A stretch of 64,000 nucleotides of DNA from Penicillus capitatus. Taxonomy: Eukaryota > Plantae > Chlorophyta. This document shows positions 50,676 to 64,000 of the stretch, piece by piece. Location: assembly GCA_965649825.1 (NCBI GenBank), contig OZ287694.1, forward strand, positions 183,097-247,096, in the 5' to 3' direction. The notes below the pieces were generated by a model. That model searched no databases, had not been told where the DNA came from, and saw only the letters and a program-made list of their open reading frames with translations. Made by a program: the position numbers and the translations under genes. Every line of letters begins with the position of its first letter. The stretch's first letter is position 1.

Positions 50676-52479
50676 TGTCCTATTAGCGCCGACTAGGGTA
50701 GCAGAAAGTGCACAAACACGGAAAGTTAACGAAGCGGAAAGATTGGATCGTCGTTCGTCTCACACGCTCAACCGAAACAAACACGGAAAATTGGGCGCGC
50801 TCATCGCTTATATACTTTTCCCCATGATGTGACGTTGTCACATCATTTTATCGCCGTATCAGCCTATCGCAATGCGGGCTCCAAATGCCAACCGTCGGAA
50901 ACGGAAGCTGGGAGGGAACCGTCGATTAGTAGACATCTGAATATTCCATCTCAGTCCATCACATCGGTTTCTAGTCGATTCAGCTATCAGCGAGCACTGT
51001 CGCCAAGATGGCCATGATGATCGGACTGTCTTGTTCGGCCGGGGTCGGTTGCATTAAGGGGCACACGGCCGTGTCGAGTAGATCGTTTGACGGAAACAGT
51101 TTGAACAGTGGGAAACGTGAACTTTTTGAAATGCCAAGCTTTGCTCGACGACAGGCAAGAACTTGCACATCTACAAAGCTTTTAGAGGGTAGGTAGGGTT
51201 TAGTGCTGTCGCATCAAGGCCGCGGGCCTATTTTAAGTAACAAAAAGGAATATTCTTTGAAGATTCCGGAATCTGCCTGGAAGCTGTTGCGTATAGGCCG
51301 CGGGTCTATTTTTGGATTGTCGGGTGCAGGGAAGGCACAGAGAACCTGCGACCTGTTGCTTGGAGATTGACAAAAGTGTAAGCAGATGAGCTCATTATTA
51401 GGGCGTTACGGCTGGCTCAACACAGTCCCGACCCGGCAGATTCTGACGCCAAGATTGCCATGATGGTCGGGCTGTGTTGTTCGGCCGGGGTCGGCTGCGT
51501 CAAGGGTCACGGCCGGTAGTGTCAGAAGGGCTTGGTGCGCCAAAGGACGCATTTCCACGCCGCTGAGACGCGGATAAGTCACTTGTCTACGAAGTCAAAT
51601 CAAGGGGTAGGGATAAGAGGCTGAGCTTTAACCGTTCGCTGTCTTTGGTGTTTTGACTGTTGTCTCCGCGAGTTGCATACAATCCGTTTCTGTCTGACAG
51701 TAACAGTTGCTGTCTATCACCGCTTGCAACAAGTTGTCTGTTCGCTGCAAGACTGTTGGTGTGGCCTACAAACGCCCGTCCATCCTCATCCGACTTCAAG
51801 ACTTCCGCTGCGCTTGCGAGATGAGCCAACACGGGGACAGCTCCTCCTCCCTGGCCAAGGCGGCGAGGGAGAGATACGTGTCGTCCATGCTGAGGACGTC
51901 GTGCGGGGGTGGAGGGTCGAGTGGTTGGAGGGAGTTCTTCACGACCCCTACGCTGTGGGTACGGACATCTATCTCTTGAGCTCCGTGGGAATCCACGAGC
52001 AATCGCGAATAGCCAAGCTTACGTCATCGCATGCAGATTTGCCACGGAGTGCAGCCAGTGTCGTGTTTTCGTCGTTTGTTACGCGCTGAAACGCGCTAAC
52101 GACGAAGGCATATCGTTACAGAAGACTGTTGTAGCAATTAGTGTTCGGACTTTATACGCGTCAAATGTCACATCGACGCGTCCTGTGGCAGCTGCACGAA
52201 GGTGGACAGCTGTTCACTGACGCCAGTCAGTGGACGATCTTCGGAAACGCGGGGCGATGCTCGACAGTGCTGTCCACTTCCTTCTCCGTTCGGCAAGAAG
52301 ACGTGAACATTCGGGTTGGCGAACCTTGGCAGTAGAAAGCTGTGGCAACGGAGAGGAGCAATCTTGTTCTCCGACTTCCTTTCGTCGAGTCGCATTTCTA
52401 TCGAACCTGATAATTGAATACTCACTCTCTTTTGCTGTTCTCTCGCGATAAGGAGGAATACGGGCATCGCGCATCCATC

Positions 52480-55400
52480 CTCTGCAACCAGTTCGACGGC
52501 AAAGGGAACATTATGTCGTAAGGTATGTGTCGCCAAGATCTGGCTTGGCGATGTGACTGCCTCGATTTCAATGGGTCCATGTTCTGAGGGGGTGCAGGTT
52601 GAGTCACCTGAGGCGCCATCCTCTGGTTCTGGCGTGAGGATGACTCACCTGCATAGGCATGTCACGTCGCCACTGGCGTATTTAAACGGACAATTCGCAC
52701 CATGTTTGCCCTTGCTCTGTAAACGAAAAAGTCTTCCGCTGTTGTATCTTTCGTCCGACCCGACCGGCGACAGTATGCAGCGATGGACGACGCTGTCTTG
52801 GCCCCTAAGGTTGTTATTGTTTCAGGGAGCTGAAAACCATATTGAAGACAGTGCGAATCGCGTCCTTTTAGGACGATCTCTGGCAGAGGATAAACAAGGT
52901 GCTGCAAGGTGCGAGTGCCTGTCTCGATCTTCTCCATTGGCGAATGACTTTTCCATCTTTGACCGGGAGACTGGAGATTCCCATAGCTACAGAATCCAAT
53001 GGTCAGGAAAGCTTACCTTCTGGACTGCAAGCCACGAGAAACCATCTATCATCAGATAGGACTCTCGCCAAGAGTCCTATCGTGCGGATACTGGGCTCCA
53101 CGGATACCTCTTTTGAGGGCGTCGTAGAGGAGAAGAAAAAGCGGATGCTATCTTTTCTCCTGGCCCGGCAAAGAGCTGGAGGGTTTCGAGTTAGAGGCAT
53201 TTGCTGCATTTCTCTGAATGCGATGCACTCCTTTGTGTTTAAGGATATGAGATGAAAGCAAGAGGATCTGCCATGCGCACTTACTTTTTCGTCACAGATG
53301 GAAGTCCCACGGAGTGAGCCATTCTCACGTCATGGCCTCTGCTGCTGCAGCCAACGAGCACGGGGTTTACTGTCTGAGTAAGTCGCCAGTCCATGAAACG
53401 ACAGGAGGAGACATTCAGCGAATGCGAATGCGGCATCGTCTTCACAGACGTGCCCCTCGCGGGGCATCTAACATGACAAGGGTTATCAAACTCCCTGTAT
53501 CATGTGCACACCTGGTGTGGATACAGAGTTGTCGACTGGACCCGAGTCTGCTGATTTAATCATTGAATGATTTGACTCAATGGCGTCATCAACAATCTGC
53601 TTCGGATCATGGCTTCCGTCTTGATACTCAGCGTCTTGAAAAACGAACACGCAAAGTACCCGTCCAGGCATTGCCAACTCGACCGCTGCTATGCGCATCT
53701 TTCAGTACACTCGAGGGTACGAAGATTCGGACAACTCCGAGGACCAGGTCTGCGACGCCTGTTCAGATACAGGCTGCATGGGAGCAACAGTAGAGAATCT
53801 CCCAGACCTCAGACAAAGTTCCGCACGCTCGGTCTTCTGTGCAAGTAACGCGTCCATTCGCCTGCCCTTTACTCTGCTGACGACCATCTTCCTTGTCCAG
53901 AGCAACAGAGATCGACGAAAACTGCTGCAAGGAACGGAAACGCGCCGAATCCATGCACAGGTCAGATCGCTCCTCGCAGGTGTGACCCAGGAAGGACACT
54001 TGGAGTGTCCTTATACGACGGCGACTATTCTTTGACAGATGAACAGATGGATCACATCCAGGGTGAAGAAACCAGAACGTGACACGCCGGCGAAGCTACC
54101 CGCTCGCCGAACTGCTCAGAGCACATCCAGAGATGTGTGTCAGACAGAACATGGGATGTCGTCGGAAGCGGCAAGATGGTCATCAGAGAACTGACCAGAG
54201 GTATTTGTTCAGAACTGCCAGTTCGATGCGTTGTATGGCGGTCATCACTGCCGCCGTTCAGGGGCAAGAGGTAGCCGTTACACTGCATGGCAATGAGATC
54301 TACCTCTTTCGCGTGTCTAGGGACACGAGGGTCCTCTGTGCGGCTGGTGTCCAGCCGTCTTACAGAAAGACGCGTCTGATGGAACACGAGCCCGGCATTG
54401 AAGGCTGCGGCACTGTTCTCCTGCTGATCGTCTCGCTTCTGGTTCCCCTCTTCCTGTCGAATATCTCCCCAACCACGCCCAGCATGGACCACGCATCCAG
54501 CTGTGCTGGTTCCCTTCCGGAAGGTCTGGGACTCATGTCCCTTTCCTTATATTGCCTTGGACGCGTGGCCAGATCCACCCATGAGTCGGTCCTCAAGAGC
54601 CAATCCGCGAACGAAGCGTCGATCGAAGGATCTGGGTTCGAGAAGTGGAAGGCTTCGGAGCTGTTCAAAGTAAAGACCCAAGATGACGTGCTGTCTGCGA
54701 TGGCTCGCTCTGTGAGCAGATGTGGGTGAACCGTCTGCAGGTAACTGCGAGTAGCCATCTCCATCAAGGTCGACTGAACATCAGCAACTATCGCTCCATT
54801 CGAGGCAGCACGTAAACCATCTCGACTCTTCATTGTTTCCGAGTCGTGCATGCAGAGTCCATGAGAGGTCTGACCGCCGCCGCCGCCAACAGTTCGGTCC
54901 ACTGCCTGGCGTTGGGCGAAGTCTCGATGGAGAGCGTCCAGTTGCGAGCGTGCTTGTGTCTATGCTGCCACTCGTTTCGTAGTCTTTTCCTCGCGGCAGT
55001 GTCGTGTCTGAAGCATGTCCAGCTGCCATCGGCAATTGTCTGCACCGGCAATGTAGTGCTGTTCTGTACCTTTGTTTCTTTCTTCTGCATCAAGGGTTCC
55101 AAGTGCCTGGAATCTGTTCTTGATCGGGAAGGTATGGAGCATCGTCTAGATGATCGTTCGTAGCCTGAACAGCCTCAGGAGGGTGTGCCTTTTCGTTCAC
55201 CTGTTCGGCCTTTCGAGAAATGCCATCTGTCGGGAGTGGCTTTCCAAGGGTAATGAAGCCGAGCCCGCTTCCGTTGTGATCTGGTTTCGTTTTGTGCCTT
55301 TCCGGGTTATGTTTATGCCGGCGAGCAACGAAAGGAGGCAAGAGATCCTCGATTGACCATACACTTATTGAAATGTACGCGGCGAAGCTTACCAATCCTG
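52480..55400. pseudogene. Heavily decayed fragments, possibly of the membrane-protein family, in mixed orientation
   Basis: Only scattered family-like motifs (RGYE...VCDAC near 53720; KASELFKV near 54650, compare KAVEMFKV at 60130). No coherent frame. Confidence 0.4.
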
Positions 55401-56168
55401 ATTGACATTATACATTCTCTCACGCGTGAAACACCTTAAGACGGCCGTCACGTATATCAGCAGAGACGTCACACTTTTTCGATTTATCGCTGTTTAAAGA
55501 GCTGCTTGACAAATTACCGCCAGTTGAGTTGAGTTGAGTTGCTGCCTGTCACATCATCAGAGGGCCCTGTCATCGGCAGCATCACACTTGTCAACACATG
55601 GAATCTCTTCTGTCATGTCTGTCTCACTCTTCTAGATAATTTGTTAATGTCGAACATGTTTTCGAGCGAGGCAAGATGGCTCATTACCTGTCCATGTTAC
55701 TGCGAGCGCCATGTCTTCAACGCTGTGCTGTTTACGCGTTTCGTTACGCAGAACTCGTCTCCCTATGCCGACGGTTAATACAGCTGTCTTATCAAAAGAA
55801 CTTAGCGTCTACAATACGCGCAGTAACTGTCGCCTGACACAGCCATCGGAATGGTCGGGTCGGCGTGTAACCACCCTGGCGCGCTGACCATCGGTCGCGA
55901 CAGGTGTTAGCCTCCGACCTGCCTTTCCGTTCATTGTCTGATGATGGTTGCAGCGAAGTCTGAAGTTCACAGCTGTTAGCTCGTAAGGCTAAGAAACCCC
56001 CAACCATCGAGGGTATTTAAGGACAGCGTTCGTCGTGTAACTTATCTCGTGTTCCAGTGTTATCTACTAAGTGCGTCTGTCTTGACATCGCGTGCCGTTC
56101 GACTGTGTTTTTTCAAGAGACTTGCATCGATTCCGATACGTTTCTATTCAACGTTTCCTATATTCGCA

Positions 56169-59100
56169 ATGCGACGGAAACTTTTGCGTCTGCGACTTTG
56201 CTTTCTGTGTGCTGCACTGGCACAGGGAGTCGGAATGCTTTGCGCAACCCCGAGCACCATCTCTCTGCGCCTGTCAGACACCGCGTCTGAAAGCGACGGT
56301 TTCTATTGCGCCGACACGGTCGCTATCTTTAGTCGTGCTGTCTGGTGTTTTAGAGAGAAACGTCGAAAAACAACCACCGCCACTCGATGCAACGCCTCCG
56401 CAGTTCTCGACGGCACACGTTCCAAACGTGCTACACGAACTCTTTCCGCGTCGGAGGCATTAACCGTATTGTTTTCCGCTTGCAGACTGTGAACGACGCG
56501 CGTCATCTGCTCCAGTCTGGCGCATCTCGCCGCGGGAACGAAACAGGTCACGACTTCCACCTCCGTCGTCAGAGCGCATTTCCGCTATGCTATAGGTTTC
56601 AATTGTGGATTGACAAGCGATGATAGACGACGCTACACTTCGGCAGACGATGGAACGTGGCTCATCGACGACCCAGTCCTCGAGGAGGTCGAGAACGACT
56701 TGCAGAAAATCGTCAACTGCACAAACGAGGGCGACGAAATCGCTTTCAACGTGACGGGGGTCATCCAACCATCATCCCCTGTCATTATTCCGTGGCAGCT
56801 GACCCTCGACACTTACGTCAAAGAAAGCTTTGGCAGCGACGTCTTGCCGCACTCCAAGGCGAGAACAAGATTCACGTGCCCGCGGAAGAACTCGGGTCTC
56901 TTCTTCGTGCGGTAAGACTGCGTTGAACGAGGCATCTATCTCTCAATCTTTCGCCGTAGGACCAAGAGCGCCACCTTCGCTGATCTTGTCATCGTGAACT
57001 GCACATTCGATGACACGGATGAAGCCCAGTCCGTTATCGAAGTTTCAGAATGCCATGACCGAGACTCTCCCGGCGTCGTCATTCTGCGCGGTGTTGCCTT
57101 TCGGAAGAACGGACTCGTTGGTGCGTCGGGGCTTCGCATGTCTGAGCCGTCGTGTTCCGATTTGGAGATGATCGACGTCCAGATCGCCGACAATGTTTGC
57201 TCGAGCGACGGGTGCGGCGTCTTCCTCGCGAAGAAGAGCAATCTAAAGAACTGCACTGCATCCGGAAACAGAGTGGTCAAATCTAACAACCGGATGTTTT
57301 CTTTGTTGTACGCCCCGGCGTCGTCCAATACTACGATCCAAGGACTCGTGGCTTTCAGAAACAACCTCGCCGTCCTTCGAGTTCAAGACGGAGACCTTTC
57401 TCTGTCAGACGCGTCGTTCAGTTGGAATTCTCTGGACAGTAAACACGCTGGCGGCATGAATTACTCGTCGTGTATTCATGTTGTCAAGTCATCTGCCGCA
57501 ATCAGCGACTGCAGTTTCACTGCGAACGAAGGCTATAACGGGTCGGCTGTGCTTGCAGAAGAGTCGAACGTTTCTGTCTCCACCTCAGTTTTCCGCGAAA
57601 ACCTTGTTGCTCGGAGTGGCGGCTGTGTTTATGCATTGATGTCGAACGTTACGCTGGAGAACACCACAGCGAACAACAGCCGCGCAAAAAGTCATGGAGG
57701 ATTCATGTACGTGGAAGGCTCGAACGTTACGCTGGAGAAAACCACAGCGAACAACAGCCTCACGACATACGAAGGCGGATTCATGTACGTGCAAGACGCG
57801 AACGCTACACTGGAGACCACCACAGCGACCAACAGCTTCTCGGAGTACCAAGGCGGATTCATGTACGTGTTGCGCTCAAACGTTATGCTGGAGAACACCA
57901 CAGCGACCGACAACAGTGTGGAGAGAGAAAGTGGCGGGTTCATGTTCGTGGGCCTCTCAAACATGATGTTAAAGAACACCACAGCGACCAACAACCGCGC
58001 AAAGTACGAAGGTGGCGGGTTCATGCACGTAAAGGGCTCGGACGTTACGCTTGAGGATACCAAAGCGACCAACAACAGCGTGTTGTATTGTGGCGGTTTC
58101 ATGCGCGCCGAATTCTCAGACGTGACGTTAAAGGACACCACAGCGACCAACAGCAGCGCAGAAAGTTATGGAGGATTCATGTACGTGGAAGGCTCGAACG
58201 TTACGCTGGAGAAAACCACAGCGACCAACAGCAGCGCGGGGTATGCTGGTGGTTCCGTGGACGGAATGTATTCAGAGCTGAGAATCAAGCTGTCACAATT
58301 CTTCACGAGCAACTCCAATGTCTCTGGAGGCTTTGCCGCATTAGAGAGCAGCTCGATCTTCATGAATGACACTGAGATTGTTGGAGGAAGATCCAAGAAT
58401 GGTGGAGCAATCTGGATGAAGAAGTCCAACATGACAGCACGCAATCTTTCCATCATCCACTGTCGCGCCGACAACTCCGGCGGCGGTGTGATGAGCCGTG
58501 CACACTCGACTCTTCTGTGTGCTGACTGCAAGTTTGCAAACAACTCGGCAGAAGAGGGTAATGGCGGCGCAATTTTCTTTGATTCCCGCTACAACCAGAC
58601 TCTGGCGTTGCAGATCGTCCAAAGCCGCTTCGAAAACAATGTGGCAGAATTCGGAGGTATGACTTGCAGGAAAAATGAAAGGACCTTAGTATGTGCGTTT
58701 AGGCGGACTCTTCTTCGAGTGCAACGAGAAGATAAAACGATGCATAGCAAACGGCAAAGACTGTCCCTTCATGTCTTTAACGGACACAAACTTCTCTGGC
58801 AACAAAGCAAAAGTTAGCGGAGGAGCCATCTTCGCTGGCTACTTGGAAGCCATTCGTTTCGACTGTTCCAACGCTTCCTCGGATACCGGATCGGTGTTCT
58901 ACTTTGAGGATGATGATGATATCCGTTCGGTGTTCTACGGTGAAAAGTGGAAAGCTCTGAAACGACTTAAGTCTAGAGCAGACATTTGCCCGTCGTGGAA
59001 GGGCAATCACGCCAATGTCTATGGCTCTGAAGTCGGGACATATGCCTACAAGGCAACTATGACGATCGGCAAGGACAACATATCCGTTTGTGTGAGCGGA

Positions 59101-61406
59101 GGAAAGGACGACTGTGTGGTCGACGGCTATCGTGCCGGCGAAGATATGCCGAAGGCAAAAGTGAAGCTGCTAGATGTCTTCGGCCAAGGACCCGCAAGAA
59201 ACCATCGCACAGTCAACGCCAACATGTCCTCGGCGGATGGCGAATTCATGGTTGGATCGATCGTCCAGATAATGAAGGAAGGGACCTGTACCTTTGAATC
59301 TGTCAGAGGCTTCGTTGCTCCGGGCGATTACAACCTTACGGTCGAATTTGGTGAAAAGGTGATCAAGGAAATTCGGATTACTGTGATCGTCCGAAACTGT
59401 TCTATCGGCGAGACTGTGGCGCCTGATACCGGGGTTTGCCAGGCGTGCACCAAAAAGACATACAACTTCAACGCTTCAGCAGAAGAGTGCAAGACCTGTC
59501 CAGAGCATGGCAACTGCGATTCCAGGGCGATAACACCGGACGACGGATACTGGCAGAAGACGCCGTGTTCGGTTCGGATTCGCAGATGCCTACCAACCTC
59601 AGCCTGCAAATTCGAAGGACGTTCCGAAAAACTGACAGACCTTGTGAGCAATGTCACGAGCTGTCATTTCAACGAGACGTGGATAGAAGAAGATTACACA
59701 AAGGCCCAGTGCGCGAAGGTACATCTTTGCTTTCTTTCGCGTATCCAAACAATCTGCGTTTTCATCAAAGGGCTACGAGGGGCCACGTTGTGGATCATGC
59801 TCATCCAAATATGGTTATGGCCTGTCGACAAAGTGTGAGAGTTGTCCAAACGGTTTTGTCAACGTTGCTCTCATTCTTACATCGGTTCTCTTCTTGATGG
59901 GACTGACAGGCATCACAGTCAATGGCACACTCAACGTTAGGAGGACGAATCCCAGAGAACTTCGTCGCCAAAATGCGTTAACAAGATCTGTCGAGCTGAG
60001 GTCTTTTCGTTCTCTCGAAGATCGATCAGAAAGAGCGAATGCCGATGGGCCCTCGCATCGCCGTGATTCTCCGAACGACCGATCGCTCGAAGGTGTCCCT
60101 GCTGATGATGTGCTGCTCGCGAAGTGGAAAGCCGTCGAAATGTTCAAGGTGGGAGAAGCAAGTGCATTGCCCTCTCTCGCTCATTCGTCTGTGTCGCCGC
60201 CGTAGATCATTCTGAGTTTTATCCAAACGACCGTCCTCCTGGTTTGTCTGGACATCGGATGGAGCCTTCCTCTATTCATCTTGGCAGAGGCGGCAGGTGA
60301 TGCCGGTCATCGATTCGCGTTTCGTTCACTGAATCGTCGCTGTGGCAGAGTACATCAGTGGCCTCGCCTCCGATGGCAACAGACGCTCCGTGATGTGTCT
60401 GGATCTCCAAAATCCGTTTGCGCGTCGTACAGCGTTGGCTTTTGCGTTCAACATCTGCTTCGTTCCCATCCTCGTGTTTTTTCTCTGGATGGCATTCTGG
60501 ACAATGAAGGCTATGGGATACCGAAACGACAGGCCTCCGCGTTACCTGGCGAAGAGATGCATGCTGTCCCTGATGGCTTTGTGGTATGTGACACTAGTGC
60601 CGGTGCTCAAGACTTCCTTGAGCATCGGCCTCTGCGTCGACGCGGACGATTCCACGACCAAGTACTGGATCGTTGACACGCAGATCAAGTGCCTCGAGGA
60701 CGACCATGCTAATCTTCTTTACTTCGTGGTTTTGGCGTTCGTGTGTCCTATGTACGGCGGATTGCTCATTGCCTTTGCTCGTTTCCTCAGAGCTCCGATC
60801 GAGCACCTCCGCGACAAGAATGGCTGGGTATACGAGACGACAGGATTCCTCTACCGCAGCTACAGTCTGGGTCACCGTCGTTACTGGGAAGTCGCTATCG
60901 TTCTCAGAAAGGTGGCGATTTCATTTATGGTGTTCTGTGCCCACCTCTTCGACAGCGTCGTGCCGATCACTGGCGTCGTGCACGTCATCACGCTCGCCAT
61001 CGTGGCGCAGATCGTCGTGAAGCCCTACCGCAAGGAGTTCGAAGACCTCAACCGATTCGAAGTGGCTTCTCTGATCATTTCGCTGGTGACGACGCACGTG
61101 GCGATCATGCTCAGACAAGAAGACTTCCCGAAAGACATCACTCGCGAGCTGTCTACCGCCGCATGCGTCTCGCTGAACATCATCATCTTTTTCGTCTTTG
61201 TGTTTTACCTTCTCAAGTTCGCAGCCGATTACCTGCGACACAGAATGTTAGAGCGCGGCGAAGACGCCGCGTTGAATGCTGGAATGTTCAGAGTTTTTTG
61301 GCAAACGATTGACTACGAGATCAAACGCCTGATTTACAAGCTGAGGTCGACGCCCGAAGACCCCGAGGCCGCCGAGCAATCGGCCCTCGACGACAAAACA
61401 GAATAA
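56169..61406 (+). CDS. Beta-helix/Cys-rich/multi-pass membrane family protein, copy G3, apparently complete
   Basis: Signal-like MRRKLLRLRLCFLCAALAQGVG. N-module WLIDDPVLEEVENDLQKIVNCTNEGDEIAF...IPWQLTL. Intron 56912-56959. GGFMYV repeats. Cys-rich CQAC..C..CPEHGNC..GYWQKTPC. GYEGPRCGSC. TM exon ending at TAA 61404-61406. About 7 short introns restore one frame. Confidence 0.88.
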
Positions 61407-63431
61407 GCTCCATTCGCTGGAGATTTTTTCTTTAAGTTGAGCCTGCTTCAGGCTAATAGCACATAAGCTGTGACTCAAGTTTTCTCTCTCCTTTACAAGC
61501 TGAGCCCAACACGGGCTCACATGACATACATAAGCTGTGACGTGACTTGCCTTTTTCTTGTTTGCTGAAAACCAATGACTTGCAGGTTTGCATATCATCC
61601 AAAAAGGATGTGTGCTGCCTGTTCTCCGAAACAGGTTTTTAACTTGACGTGACGAAAGCGTGGCGTCTCGCGTCTCTGGCGGCGAAGGTCGGCGAGAAGG
61701 ACTTCAACGGCGTCGTGCCGAACAGCATCAAGTTGTCGCAGACGAAGTCTCTGCCGGCATACATTCGGTCAGAGTCAGCAACTACAGTCACATCATTCGA
61801 TGTCGACCATGTCGTTTCTCCAGATCGACCGTCTGCGGCAAGACGTTGTCTACGTGAATCGTCAAACTCTCTTCTGACATAGACGACAAAACAGAAAGTC
61901 CTCCCGAACAAGCGCAATTTGCACTGCAACTTACCAGACGACGCCGTCGTCGTTCTAGGGCAAACTCCGTCGCGCACGAGGGAATTTCTGAGTCTACGTT
62001 ATTCGAGAGTTCTGTTCGCTCGATGGCCAGATCTGCCGCTCAACGTCGTTTTCGGCGACGACGCTAGCCGGACTGCTGCTATGATTGGTGTTTCGATGTC
62101 GCTACAGATAGTCTGTCAGTTCCGTGTCGACGAGGAGGGATGCTCATAGCTGTAGCGCTTTCTAGATGACATAGTTCTACGCAGAAACCAGATTTCCCAT
62201 TCTGTTTTCTCCATCAACACGAAGCCTGATGCACTCCGCTCAGAAAGTGGCGTGGAGGATCCAAAGAAGAGTCAGTCAGTCGCGTGACTCTCGGCGAGAT
62301 CTATGGGTGTTTGAGGTCGTCGAAGCCGACGGCGGGTCACGATTTGCTGCGAAACGGAACAAAATGAGACGAACTTACCGAAGATGGCGAACAGAACTGG
62401 CGGTTTCAGACGGCGGCGTACTGATGACGTTGAAGATGATGGCGACAAGAGGCTAGCAGAAACGTCGTAGCTCAATGGCAAGCTGTCGGCGATGCGACGG
62501 ATCCATACAGAGAAAGAAAAGGGTCCGATTCTCGACCACTACCGTGAGAAGGTTGTGCAGAACAGAGTAGGAGATCTTTCCTTCGGTGCATGCCGTATTC
62601 GCCTGGATTGGGGCAGACATCTCGACAGCATTTAGCTCAACCTTGGGAGTCTTCTTGTTGCGAGAACATCGATCGAGTTGAATGGACTTCTTTTAAAAGG
62701 TGTTTCTTACAGCGGAAAAGGTTTCTTTGAGGCAGTGATGGTTTTTTAAGTTGATCTTGAACCGTTTCTTTGTGAAAAAACAGACATCCTGGCATTCGTA
62801 AGGATGCAAACATACCGCTTGCCTGTATGCATCTTAAGGCAGTATGCGCGTATCGAAGCTTCTGTCTTTGTTAGTGTCTTGGAGGGAGGCGAATGACGTT
62901 TCCGTCAGAATGATCTCTTCACGAGTAACGGAGGTTTTCGAAAGACTTCGAACTCTTCTTCGTGGATCGGTGCTCATGGACAGCGCCTTTCCTGCGACCC
63001 TTTTACGTAACTGAACAAAACTGCCAGGCGATTCAAACGCGACACTAGATGCGAGAGCACCTTCTGATAACGGACGGCGTTTCGTCTGCTGTCTGCGAAT
63101 GGCGACAGACGGACAGCGGGTCTCTCTTTCGTTTGAGGAGCATGCGACAGCTGTTGTCGACATACGGCGAGAGGACACGTCAGTCGGCTAGTGCATCCCT
63201 TCGCATTGTCCTTGTACGACCGCACGCACCACCACGAATCAGACATTCGGACATCACTTCTTTGCGTCGTCTTCTGCCAACGTGTCACAGCAAACGTCCC
63301 GCCTTCTACACACTGCAGAAAGCTCGTTTTCCGTTTATGCTTTACTCTATCGCGTACTCTAGATGAAGCGGTGCCCGTTGTCGCGACCGCTACTCGCCAA
63401 CTTCCTTGTCCTCTGCAGCGTGATTTCTTAG

Positions 63432-64000
63432 CGCACGAGTGCGATGCCGAGCTTTCCTCTGGATGCGACGCTTTCATCCAGGTGTTTGCGGCACTTACTT
63501 TGAGAGTTACGTGGCGACCGTGAATAACCACACAGTGGAAGACATCGAAGCTTCACGCACGTCGTTTCAAGACATCGTGGATTGCTTAAACCCAGGCGGC
63601 GTCATTCGCTTCGCGACGGAGAGATTCTCGGTTGGCGAGACGATCAGAATCGACAAAAATGTCTCCAATACATCTACAGCACAAAGAAAAACTTCCTTCG
63701 TCTGCAACGGGCAGTCTGTTTTCGACATAAGGTCGGTATTTCTTCACTTCTACGAAACTGGCTGAGCGTTTGGTGTGTAGGAGGGCAACAGTTGACATCG
63801 CAGACGTTATTATAGAAGAGTGCAAGTTGAACAGTACAGGGGCGCCGATTGTCGTTGATCGAGGATCGAACGTCACTTTCAGATCAGCAAAGTTCTTTCG
63901 CAATGCAAACGAGACAGGACCGAGTGTTATCAAGGTTCTGGACGCATACAGCATCGTCATCGAGGACTGTGAGTTTCGGAGTAAGTGGACACCTAGGGAC
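63432..64000 (+). CDS. Start of a more divergent family member (G7), running off the right edge
   Basis: SFQDIVDCLNPGGVIRF...SFVCNGQSVFDIR, then a GT...TAG intron at the conserved position (about 63732-63780), then open frame RATVDIADVIIEECKLN...FFRNAN. True start codon unresolved. Confidence 0.65.

Larger units (their letters stand above)
49213..51588. mobile_element. ORF-bearing insert, copy 3 (2376 bp)
   Basis: TGTAACACC...TTGTCT flanked by ACGAA (49208-49212, 51589-51593). Confidence 0.5.
48080..52470. repeat. Composite repeat, copy 3
   Basis: Matches copy 2 to about 51740 and copy 1 to 52470. Confidence 0.95.

Noticed and set aside
62465-62540. tRNA or tRNA-derived SINE (TAGCTCAATGG ... 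GGTCCGATTC)
   Set aside because: A- and B-box-like words are present, but no acceptor stem or canonical anticodon loop could be formed, and there is no second copy in the window.

Overview
Eukaryotic, intron-containing DNA. Introns are about 48-56 nt, mostly GT-AG with one GC-AG, and the standard genetic code fits best. An alga or protist is likely, but that is inference. The window looks like a rearrangement-prone accessory region. It contains: (1) a cluster of large predicted surface or membrane proteins (signal peptide, conserved N-terminal module, GG(A/G)I/FxxN beta-helix repeats, Cys-rich module, multi-pass TM region), present as two apparently complete genes, two genes running off the window edges and several shuffled fragments; (2) one intact glycoside hydrolase family 1 gene; (3) an NLR-like NACHT-HEAT gene with an in-frame TAG; (4) a 4.5-5.2 kb inverted duplication; (5) layered LTR-retrotransposon relics, a TSD-flanked solo LTR and a very recent gag-only LTR element with identical LTRs; (6) three copies of a composite repeat in which a decayed Ty3/Gypsy pol is interrupted by a 2.2-2.4 kb insert carrying a TATA-driven ORF. 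That ORF's core is strongly diversified (about 64% aa identity between copies 2 and 3) while kilobases of non-coding flank are near-identical. This hypervariable, mobile-element-borne gene is the best candidate for an undescribed system. All identities and exon calls were made by eye.
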